A stretch of DNA of 64,000 bases from an uncultured Candidatus Saccharibacteria bacterium (GTDB lineage: Bacteria > Patescibacteriota > SICC01): positions 1,362-65,361 of the forward strand of contig CAZGHP010000002.1 in assembly GCA_964525455.1 (NCBI GenBank), written 5' to 3'. Below, piece by piece: positions 16,885 through 26,426 of this stretch. The position numbers and the translations under genes were made by a program. The notes below the pieces were generated by a model. That model saw only the letters and a list, made by a program, of their open reading frames with translations. It searched no databases and had not been told where the DNA came from. How positions within the stretch are numbered: position 1 is the stretch's first letter; each line of letters starts with the position of its first letter.

Positions 16885-17775
16885 TCAGAATTCGCCGACG
16901 AAGCTGATCTCGGGCTTCAGGTCGTAGCCGGTCTTTTCCTTGACGGTGCGCTGCACATGGTCGATCAACTTCCGGATGTCCTCGGCGGTGGCGCCCTCCA
17001 TGTTCAGGAAGTAGTTGGCGTGCTGCTCCGAGACCTCCGCCCCGCCGAGCCGGTGTCCCTTCAGGCCGCACTGGTCGATCAGCCGGCCGGCGCCGACGCC
17101 GTCGATCTTCTGGAAGATGCTGCCGGCACTCATCTGGTCGGCGTTCGGCGGGTGTTTCTCCGCCCGCCAGGCGGCGTTGCGCTTGGAGATCTCGCGCATC
17201 GTCTCCGGCGTGGATTCGGTCAGCGCGAAGGTGACCTCCAGGACCACGTCGTCGGTCTCGTGCAGGACGCTCGTGTCGTACCCGAACTTGAAGTAGTCGG
17301 CACCGACTTCCTTCACCGCGCCGCCGCTCAGGATCCGGGCGCCTTCGACCACCTCCTTGATGAACACCGTCCGGGTGCGGTCCGGGGAGAGGAAGTGGAG
17401 ATTCTGCCACATCGCGCCGCCGACCGTCGACGGGATGTTGATGTAATGTTCGAGACCGGAGAGGCCGCGCTCGGTGGTGACCTCGATCAGCTTCTTGATC
17501 GTCGCGCCGCTCTCGACCGTGAGCCGCGTACCGTCGAACCGGTGCGCGGCCGCCTCGTTCTTGATCACCAGGCCGCGGAAGCCGCCATCACCGAACAGGA
17601 TGTTCGCGCCGCAGCCGAGCACGAACCAGTCGGTCCCTTCGGCCCGCGCCCACCGGACGGCATCCGCCAGTTCATCGGCCGACTTCGCGATCGTGAACAA
17701 GTCCGCCGGCCCGCCGATCCCGAAGGTCGTGAACCGCGCCAGGTTAACGTCGCGTTGGAGTTTTGGTGTTTCCAC
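16885..17775 (-). CDS. murB: UDP-N-acetylenolpyruvoylglucosamine reductase
   Basis: FAD-binding N-terminus FTTFGIGGPAD plus MurB C-terminal domain. Confidence 0.85.
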   Translation of the reverse strand: METPKLQRDVNLARFTTFGIGGPADLFTIAKSADELADAVRWARAEGTDWFVLGCGANILFGDGGFRGLVIKNEAAAHRFDGTRLTVESGATIKKLIEVTTERGLSGLEHYINIPSTVGGAMWQNLHFLSPDRTRTVFIKEVVEGARILSGGAVKEVGADYFKFGYDTSVLHETDDVVLEVTFALTESTPETMREISKRNAAWRAEKHPPNADQMSAGSIFQKIDGVGAGRLIDQCGLKGHRLGGAEVSEQHANYFLNMEGATAEDIRKLIDHVQRTVKEKTGYDLKPEISFVGEF

Positions 17776-17969
17776 GACCCTTTCACTATAGGCCGTTCGC
17801 CGGATAAACGCCTATGCCCCGTGCGGAAGAAGTCGTTCCGCCCCAGACAAAATACGCGCCAAAAGAAAAGAAGCGCTCGGGTATCGCAGGGGCGATGGGT
17901 GAGCGCTTCGGGTGGCGGAACGGGATATCGCAAGCTGTGGAAGCATCGGATAATCTCATTCCGGACGGT

Positions 17970-17999
17970 GGCCTGCCCGGCCGGTGTGCCGGGCAGGCC
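17970..17999 (-). terminator. Perfect 12-bp GC hairpin (possible factor-independent terminator, no U-tract)
   Basis: GGCCTGCCCGGC-CGGTGT-GCCGGGCAGGCC, about 65 nt downstream of the minus-strand gene ending at 18063. Confidence 0.35.
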
Positions 18000-18062
18000 A
18001 CGGAAAGAAAGATCCAAGGTCCAAGGGCATCAAGTGCCAAGGGTCCGAGGATCCAAGTACTG

Positions 18063-18734
18063 CTACTTGCGACGACCGAGGAACCGGGCGCCCGAGTGCC
18101 ACCGGCGCCCGAACCAGTAGAGGTTCAGGCCCCGCCAGTCGGAATCGTTCCAGAGGCCGACGACCCGACGGTCGTCACCGGAGCCCGTCCAGACCGAGCC
18201 TAGGCCGACGACCGGGAACTCGCGCTGGACGTCGGGGTGGTGCTCGCCGAAGGCGAGCGTCTCGGGGATGACCGCCGGCACGAGGTCGAGCCGGTCGAAC
18301 TCCGCCAGCACCTCGTCGGTAGTCGCCGCGCGGTCGAGGTGCACGAGCACGAGCTCGGTCTCGACCCGCTCGGCCGGATCCGTCGGGAAGTGCTCGGTCG
18401 TCCCGTCCGGGGCGGCCCAGTCGTTCCACGCCAGACCTTGGTAGGCGTCGTTCTTCCAGTCGTAGTTCCCGGCGTCGATCGCCGCGGGAAGGGTGCGGCC
18501 GTGGTCGACGATGACCGCGTACGGGTCGCTGACCGCGGCCTGTGGCTGTCCCGCCGCCACGATCAGGTCGGCCATCTGACCGATGGTCTCCCGGCCGCCG
18601 TCCGTGACCAGCCGGTGCAGGTCCTGGGCGCTGCCGCCGCGGTCCCGCACCTCTTTGACCAGCCGGTCCCAGAATCCGGTCAGGACTCCGGCACCGCCGA
18701 TCAACGCCTCGATCTCTTTGGTGCTTCTGGCCAT
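18063..18734 (-). CDS. Hypothetical protein
   Basis: 223-aa ORF with consistent GC3 bias. No recognisable motif. Confidence 0.5.
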   Translation of the reverse strand: MARSTKEIEALIGGAGVLTGFWDRLVKEVRDRGGSAQDLHRLVTDGGRETIGQMADLIVAAGQPQAAVSDPYAVIVDHGRTLPAAIDAGNYDWKNDAYQGLAWNDWAAPDGTTEHFPTDPAERVETELVLVHLDRAATTDEVLAEFDRLDLVPAVIPETLAFGEHHPDVQREFPVVGLGSVWTGSGDDRRVVGLWNDSDWRGLNLYWFGRRWHSGARFLGRRK

Positions 18735-19099
18735 GGTGGCCCCTTTCTAGCAGAACCCCTCACCCGACAATCGCCGGGCCCCAGGTCCTACCTTCGATGG
18801 ATGGATACCACGCTAGGCTAGCCGCAGCGCTAGGCGTACGTACTTACGTCTGCCCAACGCTGCGGCCGATCCACAAGTAGATATGTTAACGAGCCGTATA
18901 AAATACTATAACTAAGGTGATTTTTCAAGATCAGGGTCAACGTCGCGCTGGAGTTCTGATGCCTGCCTCCACTGCTCAGTATTCCACGAACGCCCTACCA
19001 TCGCTCGTTGCGATATCCAAAGGATATTTTAGAAGTTCGTACGAAGCATGATACTGAATCAGGCCTATCATGGAGTAAATAGATTAACGGAGGTACGCC

Positions 19100-19489
19100 A
19101 TGTTCAAAGACTCAAAGGCATTCAGCAGTTTCTCGGTCGACGATATATCCAAGGCCAAGGAATTCTATGGCCAGACGCTCGACCTGGAGGTGACCGAAGT
19201 CCCTGAGATGAACCTGCTCCAGCTGCAGCTCGCCGGTGGCGGCCGGGTGATGATCTACCCCAAGGATAACCACGAGCCGGCCACGTTCACGGTGCTTAAC
19301 TTTACCGTTCCGGACATCGACCAGGCAGTGGACGCGCTCGCCGGGAAAGGCGTGGAATTCGAGCGATACGACTCCGACATGATTAAGACGGACGAGAAGG
19401 GCATCGCGGGCGGCGGTGACAAAGGCCCCAAGATCGCCTGGTTCAAGGACCCGGCCGGGAATATCCTATCGGTGCTGACTGAAAGTTGA
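19100..19489 (+). CDS. VOC (glyoxalase/bleomycin-resistance fold) family protein
   Basis: GGAGGT RBS. Glyoxalase-like fold pattern. 129 aa. Confidence 0.7.
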   Translation: MFKDSKAFSSFSVDDISKAKEFYGQTLDLEVTEVPEMNLLQLQLAGGGRVMIYPKDNHEPATFTVLNFTVPDIDQAVDALAGKGVEFERYDSDMIKTDEKGIAGGGDKGPKIAWFKDPAGNILSVLTES

Positions 19490-21298
19490 TTCCCTCAGGG
19501 CGTCTACGATAAGTTTTCGCGTCCTCGGCTTGGGGCAATACCGCTGAGCCCAATCCTCGATCAAGCCAGGAAACGTCTTGATTCTTTCCCAGTATTCGAC
19601 GGGTATGGCCGAAGATTCATCCGTCGAAACCACCAACAGTGAATGGCCCGACTCTTCCTTAAGGGATATTTCCAAGTGTCGAACGCCCGTATCGGGATCG
19701 GTGTGGATTTCCATGATCGTCCCCTCCGCGATATCGTAGCCATCTTCTGACTTCACGAAACACAGGACATCTTGCAGTTCACGAAACTCGGGAGGCTCCA
19801 GCTCACCGTAAACCAACTCCCGTGCAAGCTGGAGGGCTACCCCGAACCCTTTGTCGTGTTTTCTAGCCCTGGCTAGGTAGGCAATGTCGTTCCTTGCCTC
19901 CTTGGCGCTCTTGCCGGTGAGCTGCTGCAGGTTCACGCCTTCCAGATCCAACTCCGAAGCCAGCAATTCATGTTCGATCAGCCGGGTCCGGGATGCTACC
20001 TTCCCTTCATCAAGACAGCGGGCCGCATATCGGATTCTCTCGAAAAGATTAGAAATCACCAGCTCGCCCTCGAGGCCTTCCACGATCTGCCGGGTTTGCT
20101 TGGCCGCCCAATCATCAACTTCCATTCGGTCAGCGAGCTTCTTCGCAAACCGTGTCCGGTTGGCTGCGTGGCCCTGGGGAATCTTCTTTTCTATGTCGGT
20201 CCGGTCCATGCCCATACGGCTCAGCAAGTAGGAATAAGTTTGCATGGGCCGAGGCGTCTTAAGGCGCGGCACGATCGTCCAGCTTTCGAGCGGCAATCCG
20301 AAATACTCTTCGATAACCGCCTTGGCCTTTTCGGCAAGTGAATCGGGCGGTGATTCCCCCGAATCAAGCAGGTGCTCAAGTGCCTGCCGCTCCCGTTCGA
20401 AGGATTCCCCGTAAGACGGCACTCGGTCAAGACGCGCTATCACCCGGTGAATCGTCAGGGTTTCGAACGCTTCGGCAATCTCGACTTTGGAAAAACTTGT
20501 CCGGTTCTCAAGCAACACCATAGCCATCGCCTGGGCACGGGTTTCCAAAGCGCTCGGGTAAGACCCCTTTAAGGCGTCCGCAGAAAGGCCGTAGTAATTT
20601 TCCACCAGGTCGAGCACCGTAGCCGGATCCTCTGCCGCTTGCCGCTCCGGCCCCTCTTCATACGTCGCTTTGATATCATCCACCAACGTCCGTAGGTCGT
20701 GATCGGTTTCAATGGTGCTGGCGATCTCGGACGCACCGGCAAGGATGGAAGCGGGAAACTTATATCCCATACGACGCCCGGCGATTAGGGGTGGCAGTCC
20801 GGCGTCCTCAAGCAGGAGATACGACAGGATCTTCCTGCCGAACCGGCCCTTGGGACGAGTACTCGCGGGGTGCAGGTCTTCCTCTTGCACGCCGAGGTGA
20901 GCACATATGCTCAGCCGGTACCGCTCGACTTGGCTCTGCCCGGTACGTTCGTAGTCATCGACCAGGGCCAGTTCCTTACGCACCGCACCCTCTTCGCGAA
21001 GGTCATCCCTCATTCGCTTCATCATTCCCCAAAGATTGTCAGTGGTCCTGTCTGCAAAAACTTCCGCGATTTGCGACGGGGTGAGTTCGGTGCGCTCAAA
21101 GCTCAGATAAACAGCCTGGCGCCTCGCCCGGATGACTTCTTTTCGCGCGTTGCGGCCCAGGATCTCGGACGGAGATACCCCATGAACGGCCGCGACCGAT
21201 TCTACGATTTCGTGAAGCCGGTCTTTCTCTTCACCCTGTGGGCCGTCTGACGACTCTTTGGGGGCTTCGGACGCTCTGGCTGATTCCGATTCGGTCAT
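19466..21298 (-). CDS. Hypothetical protein built from tandem DnaA C-terminal-like helix-turn-helix repeats
   Basis: At least three or four repeats matching the DnaA domain IV pattern (R..ARqxAmYL..e.T..S..eIaeaF...TV). Example: [43 protein letters not shown] is lower than the flanks. Confidence 0.6.
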   Translation of the reverse strand: MTESESARASEAPKESSDGPQGEEKDRLHEIVESVAAVHGVSPSEILGRNARKEVIRARRQAVYLSFERTELTPSQIAEVFADRTTDNLWGMMKRMRDDLREEGAVRKELALVDDYERTGQSQVERYRLSICAHLGVQEEDLHPASTRPKGRFGRKILSYLLLEDAGLPPLIAGRRMGYKFPASILAGASEIASTIETDHDLRTLVDDIKATYEEGPERQAAEDPATVLDLVENYYGLSADALKGSYPSALETRAQAMAMVLLENRTSFSKVEIAEAFETLTIHRVIARLDRVPSYGESFERERQALEHLLDSGESPPDSLAEKAKAVIEEYFGLPLESWTIVPRLKTPRPMQTYSYLLSRMGMDRTDIEKKIPQGHAANRTRFAKKLADRMEVDDWAAKQTRQIVEGLEGELVISNLFERIRYAARCLDEGKVASRTRLIEHELLASELDLEGVNLQQLTGKSAKEARNDIAYLARARKHDKGFGVALQLARELVYGELEPPEFRELQDVLCFVKSEDGYDIAEGTIMEIHTDPDTGVRHLEISLKEESGHSLLVVSTDESSAIPVEYWERIKTFPGLIEDWAQRYCPKPRTRKLIVDALRESTFSQHR

Positions 21299-21400
21299 AG
21301 GAGGATAAGGGTAACAGTAAAAGCTACCACAATAGTGGGGTCACTCCAGCATTCCCGCGGGCCACTCTGGTTCAAAATCCCAGTGGACTCCGCGAATCAC

Positions 21401-22135
21401 CTAGAGAAACAATATCTTTATGATGGACACTAGTATTACTACTGTGAATAAATTCTTTACCCAGATGTTCCCTTTTTCAATCGCGGTATTGGCGCCCACG
21501 AATCCGCCTACCAACATGCCCAAAAAGATTATGACCGCCGGCACCAATGCTACGAACCCGTAAAACGAATATATGACCGCCGGTACGAGAGCAGAGAATA
21601 ATTCAGCCGGAGTATTTGTCGCGTATCCTTGGATTATTTTATAACCAAAAAAGTACATCATCAGCAGGAGAATAACCGTTGCTCCTCCCGCCCCTACTAT
21701 CGCACCTTCGATTGCCAGCAGAGAGTACAGGACCAAACCGATACCTTTTTTAGCTTTCGACGGATTTGTTTGCTCCAGGCCGATGTTTTTACCAAGGAAG
21801 AAAAAGGGTAGAAATATCAGGATCATAATCCCTATGAATATTTCCAGGAAGTCAGTTTCCAGCCTGACCATTATCTGAGCCCCTACGGCACTGCTGAGAA
21901 TGGTAATGATAGCCAGAGGAATGGCCATTCTCCAGTCAATCCTTTTTGACCTCCCATATTGAGCGGTAGCAGAAATGAACGCGCCGATATCACCGACTTT
22001 ATTGATGGCTACGGCGGACTGGGGAGAGAATCCTAAAAGCAGAAGCGCCGGGACAGCGACCATGCCGCCGCCGCCGACCGTGGCACCCAAAAAGCCAGCC
22101 ACCAGCCCCACTGCAAAAATGCTTATTTCTTGCAT
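21401..22135 (-). CDS. TauE/SafE (TSUP) family membrane transporter, AT-rich copy
   Basis: GGGG...VPALLL motif and multiple TM helices. Start set to the ATG at 22135 because upstream codons overlap the tRNA-like repeat. Confidence 0.75.
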   Translation of the reverse strand: MQEISIFAVGLVAGFLGATVGGGGMVAVPALLLLGFSPQSAVAINKVGDIGAFISATAQYGRSKRIDWRMAIPLAIITILSSAVGAQIMVRLETDFLEIFIGIMILIFLPFFFLGKNIGLEQTNPSKAKKGIGLVLYSLLAIEGAIVGAGGATVILLLMMYFFGYKIIQGYATNTPAELFSALVPAVIYSFYGFVALVPAVIIFLGMLVGGFVGANTAIEKGNIWVKNLFTVVILVSIIKILFL

Positions 22136-22178
22136 AACTGACCCAAGTCTATCTTGGGTTCCTGAAAAATCCGATTTC

Positions 22179-22226
22179 TGCAGGGGTGGAAGGATTCGAA
22201 CCCCCGACACCGGGTTTTGGAGCCTC
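22179..22226 (-). repeat. Partial duplicate of the tRNA-Trp 3' half (att-like direct repeat)
   Basis: 45 of 48 nt identical to 22778-22825. The 5' half cannot pair with the acceptor stem, so it is not a functional tRNA. Confidence 0.7.
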
Positions 22227-22240
22227 TGGTTGTTAAGCCG

Positions 22241-22759
22241 CTACCTGACTACGGCAAATGCTCTAACCGGACTACCATCACCATCAGTAATTTTCAGAGG
22301 CACGCCAAAGAACTCAAATCTTTCTGGAAGCTCTTCGGTGTTAGAGAGTCTCTCAAAGAGTACAGCGTCGTGCTTAAGGAGGAATTTCTCGACCGATTCA
22401 TCCGCCTCTTTACTCAATCCAACAAACTTAGGACTCAAGGGTAAAATTTGCTTTGCGATTTCCATGGTTAATGCTTCTCGAAATACTACGCCGGTTTCAG
22501 GGCCGACAGCGACACCTGGCTTGTAGATTACGGCGTTTCCGCAAAATTCGGCAAGATCGTAATCATCAAGCGATCTCCCATTTTCTACGCAGTGGACTTG
22601 GGCGTTCACATGCGTCCCATCGTGGGCATTGAGGTGAAGCCGCTTCATGTTCCATTCATCCTCAGCAATCGTATGAAGTTGCTCGATGTCTACCTCCGGA
22701 TCTCCGGGATACACGAACATCCCCTTCTGAATTGAAACTGAGAGGTCGATGATCTTCAT
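22241..22759 (-). CDS. Cyclase-family protein (kynurenine formamidase-like)
   Basis: HxGTHxDAxxH motif (HLNAHDGTHVNAQVH). AT-rich relative to the genome. Confidence 0.6.
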   Translation of the reverse strand: MKIIDLSVSIQKGMFVYPGDPEVDIEQLHTIAEDEWNMKRLHLNAHDGTHVNAQVHCVENGRSLDDYDLAEFCGNAVIYKPGVAVGPETGVVFREALTMEIAKQILPLSPKFVGLSKEADESVEKFLLKHDAVLFERLSNTEELPERFEFFGVPLKITDGDGSPVRAFAVVR

Positions 22760-22779
22760 AGCTTAAGCATTGAGATACT

Positions 22780-22854
22780 GCAGGGGTGGAGGGATTCGAA
22801 CCCCCGACACCGGGTTTTGGAGACCCGTGCTCTGACCAGGCTGAGCTACACCCC
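22780..22854 (-). tRNA. tRNA-Trp (anticodon CCA)
   Basis: AGGGGTG acceptor pairing CACCCCT. Anticodon loop CTCCAAA. T-arm GGTTCGAATCC. Confidence 0.85.
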
Positions 22855-22938
22855 TAAATCGCGTAGCGTAATACCATTATGGCACCGCGCGCCGATTGAT
22901 TGCACTACGAAGAGCACCCGCCCGGATGGCGAGCCGGA

Positions 22939-23100
22939 CTACTTCGTTTCCTTGTGCAGCTGCTGCTTCCTGCAGCGCGAGCAGAACTTCTTCAGCTCCA
23001 GCCGCTCCTGTTGGGTGCGGCGGTTCTTGGTCGTGTGATAGTTGTGCTCCTTGCACACCGTACACTCGAGCGTGATCACTGGTCGGACGTCCTTGGCCAT
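22939..23100 (-). CDS. rpmG: 50S ribosomal protein L33
   Basis: 53 aa: [53 protein letters not shown]. Two CxxC pairs. Not in the ORF track (<60 aa). Confidence 0.8.
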   Translation of the reverse strand: MAKDVRPVITLECTVCKEHNYHTTKNRRTQQERLELKKFCSRCRKQQLHKETK

Positions 23101-23126
23101 ACCAGATTACGATACCATGGAACCGC

Positions 23127-23200
23127 GCCGCCTTAGCTCAGTTGGCCAGAGCAACTGTTTTGTAAACAGTAGGTCCTCGGTTCGAATCCGAGAGGCGGCT
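23127..23200 (+). tRNA. tRNA-Thr (anticodon TGT)
   Basis: GCCGCCT acceptor pairing AGGCGGC. Anticodon loop TTTGTAA. T-arm CTCGGTTCGAATCCGAG. Confidence 0.85.
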
Positions 23201-23217
23201 CAGGGATTCCGGGAGAT

Positions 23218-23952
23218 TCAATCCTTGCCTTCCGGCACTGGAAGCTGGAGTAGCAAGTCGAGCATTTCCTCGCAGTCCTCTTCGCGGAGGAGAGGCGTTT
23301 CCTTGACCAGAGCGGCCACCTCGTCCGCCCCTATCGCGATTTCCAAACGTTTCTGGTCACCTGGATACGTTACCGGGAACAGCGCGTCAGGAACTTGGAT
23401 CGGCTCGTCCAGGGCTCCTTCAAGGGGAGACTTCCTGGCAAATCCTCCTCTTCCTGGTGCAGCCGTGGTCAGCGGGCCGTCTTCGACCTTGTGCTTGGCG
23501 TGGCTCAAAAGACCATCATTGTCCCGGACGACGTGCGAATCGGTTGGGAAACTCCACCCGCCATGTTCTTCGAGGTTGAGTTCGGGAGCATTAAGGACAC
23601 CCATGCTGATACGCTCCACCACATACGAATCCTGCCAGCCCTGACCGAACACGTGGCGCTGGTATTCAGTGCCCCGGGACACGACCAGTACCGGCTCGCC
23701 GACATGGGCTGCCACGCGCTCCTCAAGGGAGCGGAACAACTCCACCGCATCAGGATGGTGACCATGATTACGCCTGACCACATGGTCGATCAAACGGTCA
23801 CCCGTACTCTGACCCGCCATGACTTGCTCATAGAGTCGCGCATTGAGTTCACTGACTTTCTCCCGGCTAGCCTCCTGCTCGGATCGTATGGCTCCGTCTT
23901 CGGCCCGAGCCGCTTCGATATCACTCAGTTCAACAGGGTCGCTCATAATCAT
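23218..23952 (-). CDS. Hypothetical protein
   Basis: 244-aa ORF with good GC3 bias. No recognised domain. Confidence 0.45.
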   Translation of the reverse strand: MIMSDPVELSDIEAARAEDGAIRSEQEASREKVSELNARLYEQVMAGQSTGDRLIDHVVRRNHGHHPDAVELFRSLEERVAAHVGEPVLVVSRGTEYQRHVFGQGWQDSYVVERISMGVLNAPELNLEEHGGWSFPTDSHVVRDNDGLLSHAKHKVEDGPLTTAAPGRGGFARKSPLEGALDEPIQVPDALFPVTYPGDQKRLEIAIGADEVAALVKETPLLREEDCEEMLDLLLQLPVPEGKD

Positions 23953-24010
23953 CCTCGCCTCTTACTAACAAGCCAACATAACAAGAAAGACACGGCTCCA
24001 CAATCAGCTG

Positions 24011-24094
24011 TGCTGGGAGAGGGATTCGAACCCCCGAAGGCATAAAGCCAGCAGATTTACAGTCTGCCCCGTTTGGCCGCTTCGGTATCCCAGC
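24011..24094 (-). tRNA. tRNA-Tyr (anticodon GTA)
   Basis: GCTGGGA acceptor pairing TCCCAGC. Anticodon loop CTGTAAA. Long variable arm. T-arm GGGGGTTCGAATCCCTC. Confidence 0.85.
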
Positions 24095-24125
24095 GTGAAT
24101 TGTTCCGGTTGTTAACGATTGCTCG

Positions 24126-24198
24126 GAGCCGAGACCGGGATTCGAACCCGGGACCTCATCCTTACCATGGATGCGCTCTACCGACTGAGCTATCTCGG
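24126..24198 (-). tRNA. tRNA-Thr (anticodon GGT)
   Basis: GCCGAGA acceptor pairing TCTCGGC. Anticodon loop ATGGTAA. T-arm CCGGGTTCGAATCCCGG. Confidence 0.85.
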
Positions 24199-24269
24199 CG
24201 CGTAATCCCATAGTAATCGAAACTGACCGCCTCGGTCAGTAACCGCGGACGGCTGGCGGAACGGCCGCA

Positions 24270-25073
24270 CTACTTCTTCAGGACTTTGTTGAACTGGGTC
24301 CGGCCCTTCTTGTCGGTGAGCATCCGCTCCACCTCGGCCAGCCGGTTGAGGACGAAGAAATTCCGCGGATCCAGTTTCTTGGCCGCTTCGAAGGCCTCCT
24401 TGGCGTCGTCGAGCTGGCCGAGCTGCTGGTACACCTGCCCGATCCGCGTCATGTACTTGATGTTCTTCGGCTGCTGCACCAGGACCTTCAAGCACGCTTC
24501 CTCGCAACGCTCGTATTCACGATCCCGCCAAGCCTGATCGGCCTCGGCGGACAATTGCTCGAAGTTATCCGGCGCGTTCCGGGTACCGTCATGGTACGCC
24601 GGCTGCGACGGCCGGGCCGGCACGCTGGTCACCCGCTCGCCCGGTGCCTGGGTAGCCGCCCTCACACGGGGCGCTTCCCGTACCGGAGCGGGCTCCGGAT
24701 CCGGCTGGGCCGCCGCCGGTTCTTCCGGCGCGTCAGGTTCCGTCACCGCCGCCGGCTCCGGGGTGGGATCCGGCTTCGAGGCCGCCTTCTCGGATACCTC
24801 CGGTTCGGTGGTAATCGGCTTCCTCTTGAGCAGTCCGCCGGCGATCTCCGTGACCTTCTGGACCGTCCGGTCCGCCACGTGACCCGCCTGCTTGGCGTGT
24901 TCCCGCACCGCTTCGGTGGTGCGTTCGACCGGATTCGGCTCGGGCTCCGCCGTCGCCGCTTGCGGGACGTCCACCTTGTCCACGCCGAACACCCGCGCTT
25001 CCACGTCCGGCCAGCGCCGTGAGGCGTAGACGATGCCGCCGAGAAGTGCGATGAGAACGAGTGCGGTTAGCAT
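24270..25073 (-). CDS. Membrane-anchored protein with Pro/Glu-rich linker and C-terminal TPR-like domain
   Basis: Start moved to the ATG at 25073 (MLTALVLIALLGG TM). The upstream 154 codons are Arg/Gly-rich with no TM or homology support. C-terminal TPR-like helices. Confidence 0.55.
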   Translation of the reverse strand: MLTALVLIALLGGIVYASRRWPDVEARVFGVDKVDVPQAATAEPEPNPVERTTEAVREHAKQAGHVADRTVQKVTEIAGGLLKRKPITTEPEVSEKAASKPDPTPEPAAVTEPDAPEEPAAAQPDPEPAPVREAPRVRAATQAPGERVTSVPARPSQPAYHDGTRNAPDNFEQLSAEADQAWRDREYERCEEACLKVLVQQPKNIKYMTRIGQVYQQLGQLDDAKEAFEAAKKLDPRNFFVLNRLAEVERMLTDKKGRTQFNKVLKK

Positions 25074-26044
25074 TTGGTGCCTAGGTTGAGCAGTAAATGC
25101 TCGGTTACAAGCTGAGTGTTGGGATTGTAACGGAGATTCCGCCGGGCGGCAAATAGCCGGACCAGTCCGGCCTGGCGTTCCGGCAGCGGCAACGTCTCCG
25201 CAAGGGTACGCGCCGCGCCGGCGGGATGCTCGCGCAGCGCGGCGCGGAAGACCGCGATCCAGGCGTCCAGCGTCTCCCGCAGGACGTCCCGGTCTTCGGC
25301 CAACGCCTTGGCGGTAGCCAACCGTCCGGGAATGGACGCGGTGAGTACGGCGAGCAACGCCGCTTCGTGTTCCACCACCGCTTCGGCGACGGCCGGGTCT
25401 TCCGCGAGGCGGATCGCCCGCCCGGGGCGGTGTTCCGCACGCGCCGCGACGAGCTCCGTGTCGGAAGCACCCCGCTCCGCCAGTCCGGCCGCGAGCTCGC
25501 CGGCGTCCACCGGACCGAGCGGGATCCGCTGGCACCGCGAGACGGTGGTCGGGAGCAGGCTCGCCGGTGATGATGCGGTGAGCACCAGCACGGCCCGGGC
25601 GGGCGGTTCCTCAAGCAGTTTCAGCAGCGCGTTCTGCGCCGGGATCCCCAGCCGTTCGGCGTCGGGAATCAGGCCGACTTGGTGCCGTCCGGTATGCGGC
25701 CGGAGTTCGAGGGTATGGATCAGCTCACGGATGCGCTCGATCCCGACCGGCTCTTCCCGCCGCAGCACATGGAAGTCGGGGTGATTACCGGCCGCGGACA
25801 ACCGGCACGAAGGGCACTGTCCGCAGGGCGCCAAGCCGGAGATGCCATCGCCGTCCGTAAGCTCACCCGTGCACAGCAGCATGGTGGCGAACCGCTCCGC
25901 CAGGGTCCGTTTGCCGACACCGGCCGGACCGGTGAGCACGTACGCGTGGACGCCGGTACCGCCGGCGGCGGCACGATCCCGCAACCGCTTCACGGCGGCC
26001 GCATTCCCGATAAACTGCCGGTCGACGGTTTCCATCAGCCCCAT
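25067..26044 (-). CDS. holB: DNA polymerase III subunit delta'
   Basis: AAA+ P-loop GPAGVGKRT, zinc module CGQCPSC, NALLKLLEEPP and TVSRC motifs. Confidence 0.8.
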   Translation of the reverse strand: MGLMETVDRQFIGNAAAVKRLRDRAAAGGTGVHAYVLTGPAGVGKRTLAERFATMLLCTGELTDGDGISGLAPCGQCPSCRLSAAGNHPDFHVLRREEPVGIERIRELIHTLELRPHTGRHQVGLIPDAERLGIPAQNALLKLLEEPPARAVLVLTASSPASLLPTTVSRCQRIPLGPVDAGELAAGLAERGASDTELVAARAEHRPGRAIRLAEDPAVAEAVVEHEAALLAVLTASIPGRLATAKALAEDRDVLRETLDAWIAVFRAALREHPAGAARTLAETLPLPERQAGLVRLFAARRNLRYNPNTQLVTEHLLLNLGTKC

Positions 26045-26123
26045 TGTACCGCAGCATTTTTTACCTTAACCAAGCTTTTTATTCCTTGATTTATCCAATG
26101 GATGATGGTAGCATGGGTCTCCG

Positions 26124-26426
26124 ATGATCGAAGTCCGTGACCACCAGATCGAGTGCACCAAGTGCGGGAAGACGTTCACCTTCTCCGCGGGAGAAGCGCG
26201 GGCGTTCAACGACAAGGGCCTTACGAACGTCCCGAAGAAATGCCCGGACTGCCGCGCCAAGGAACGTGCCAAGCAGGAACAGAAGGTCCGCGCCACCGTG
26301 CAGTGCACCGAGTGCGGCACCAGCTTCGAGGTCCCGTTCGAGCCGACTCGCGACGCCGCCGGCAAGCCCGTACGGCCGCTTTACTGCATCGAGCATTTCG
26401 AGCAGCGGTCCGGCAGCCCGGCCTAA
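26124..26426 (+). CDS. Double zinc-ribbon protein (four CxxC pairs)
   Basis: CTKC...CPDC and CTEC...YC pairs. Divergent from holB across an AT-rich promoter gap. Confidence 0.55.
   Translation: MIEVRDHQIECTKCGKTFTFSAGEARAFNDKGLTNVPKKCPDCRAKERAKQEQKVRATVQCTECGTSFEVPFEPTRDAAGKPVRPLYCIEHFEQRSGSPA

Noticed and set aside
16540-18120. 526-aa plus-strand ORF spanning secE, murB and the intergenic hairpin
   Set aside because: Antisense to conserved genes. Arg-rich nonsense composition.
22179-22262. tRNA-like sequence (copy A) as a functional second tRNA
   Set aside because: Only the 3' 45 nt match tRNA-Trp. The upstream part cannot form an acceptor stem or D-arm, so it is treated as a repeat, not a gene.
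22877-23136. ORFs 22877-23065 - and 22900-23136 + near tRNA-Trp
   Set aside because: They overlap rpmG in other frames. rpmG (L33, 53 aa) fits the conserved rpmG-tRNA-Trp arrangement.
23930-24211. ORF 23930-24211 - spanning the tRNA-Tyr and tRNA-Thr genes
   Set aside because: It overlaps two well-formed tRNAs.
25074-25535. 154-codon Arg/Gly-rich N-terminal extension of the TPR membrane protein
   Set aside because: It overlaps holB extensively. The TM helix and plausible start are at 25073.
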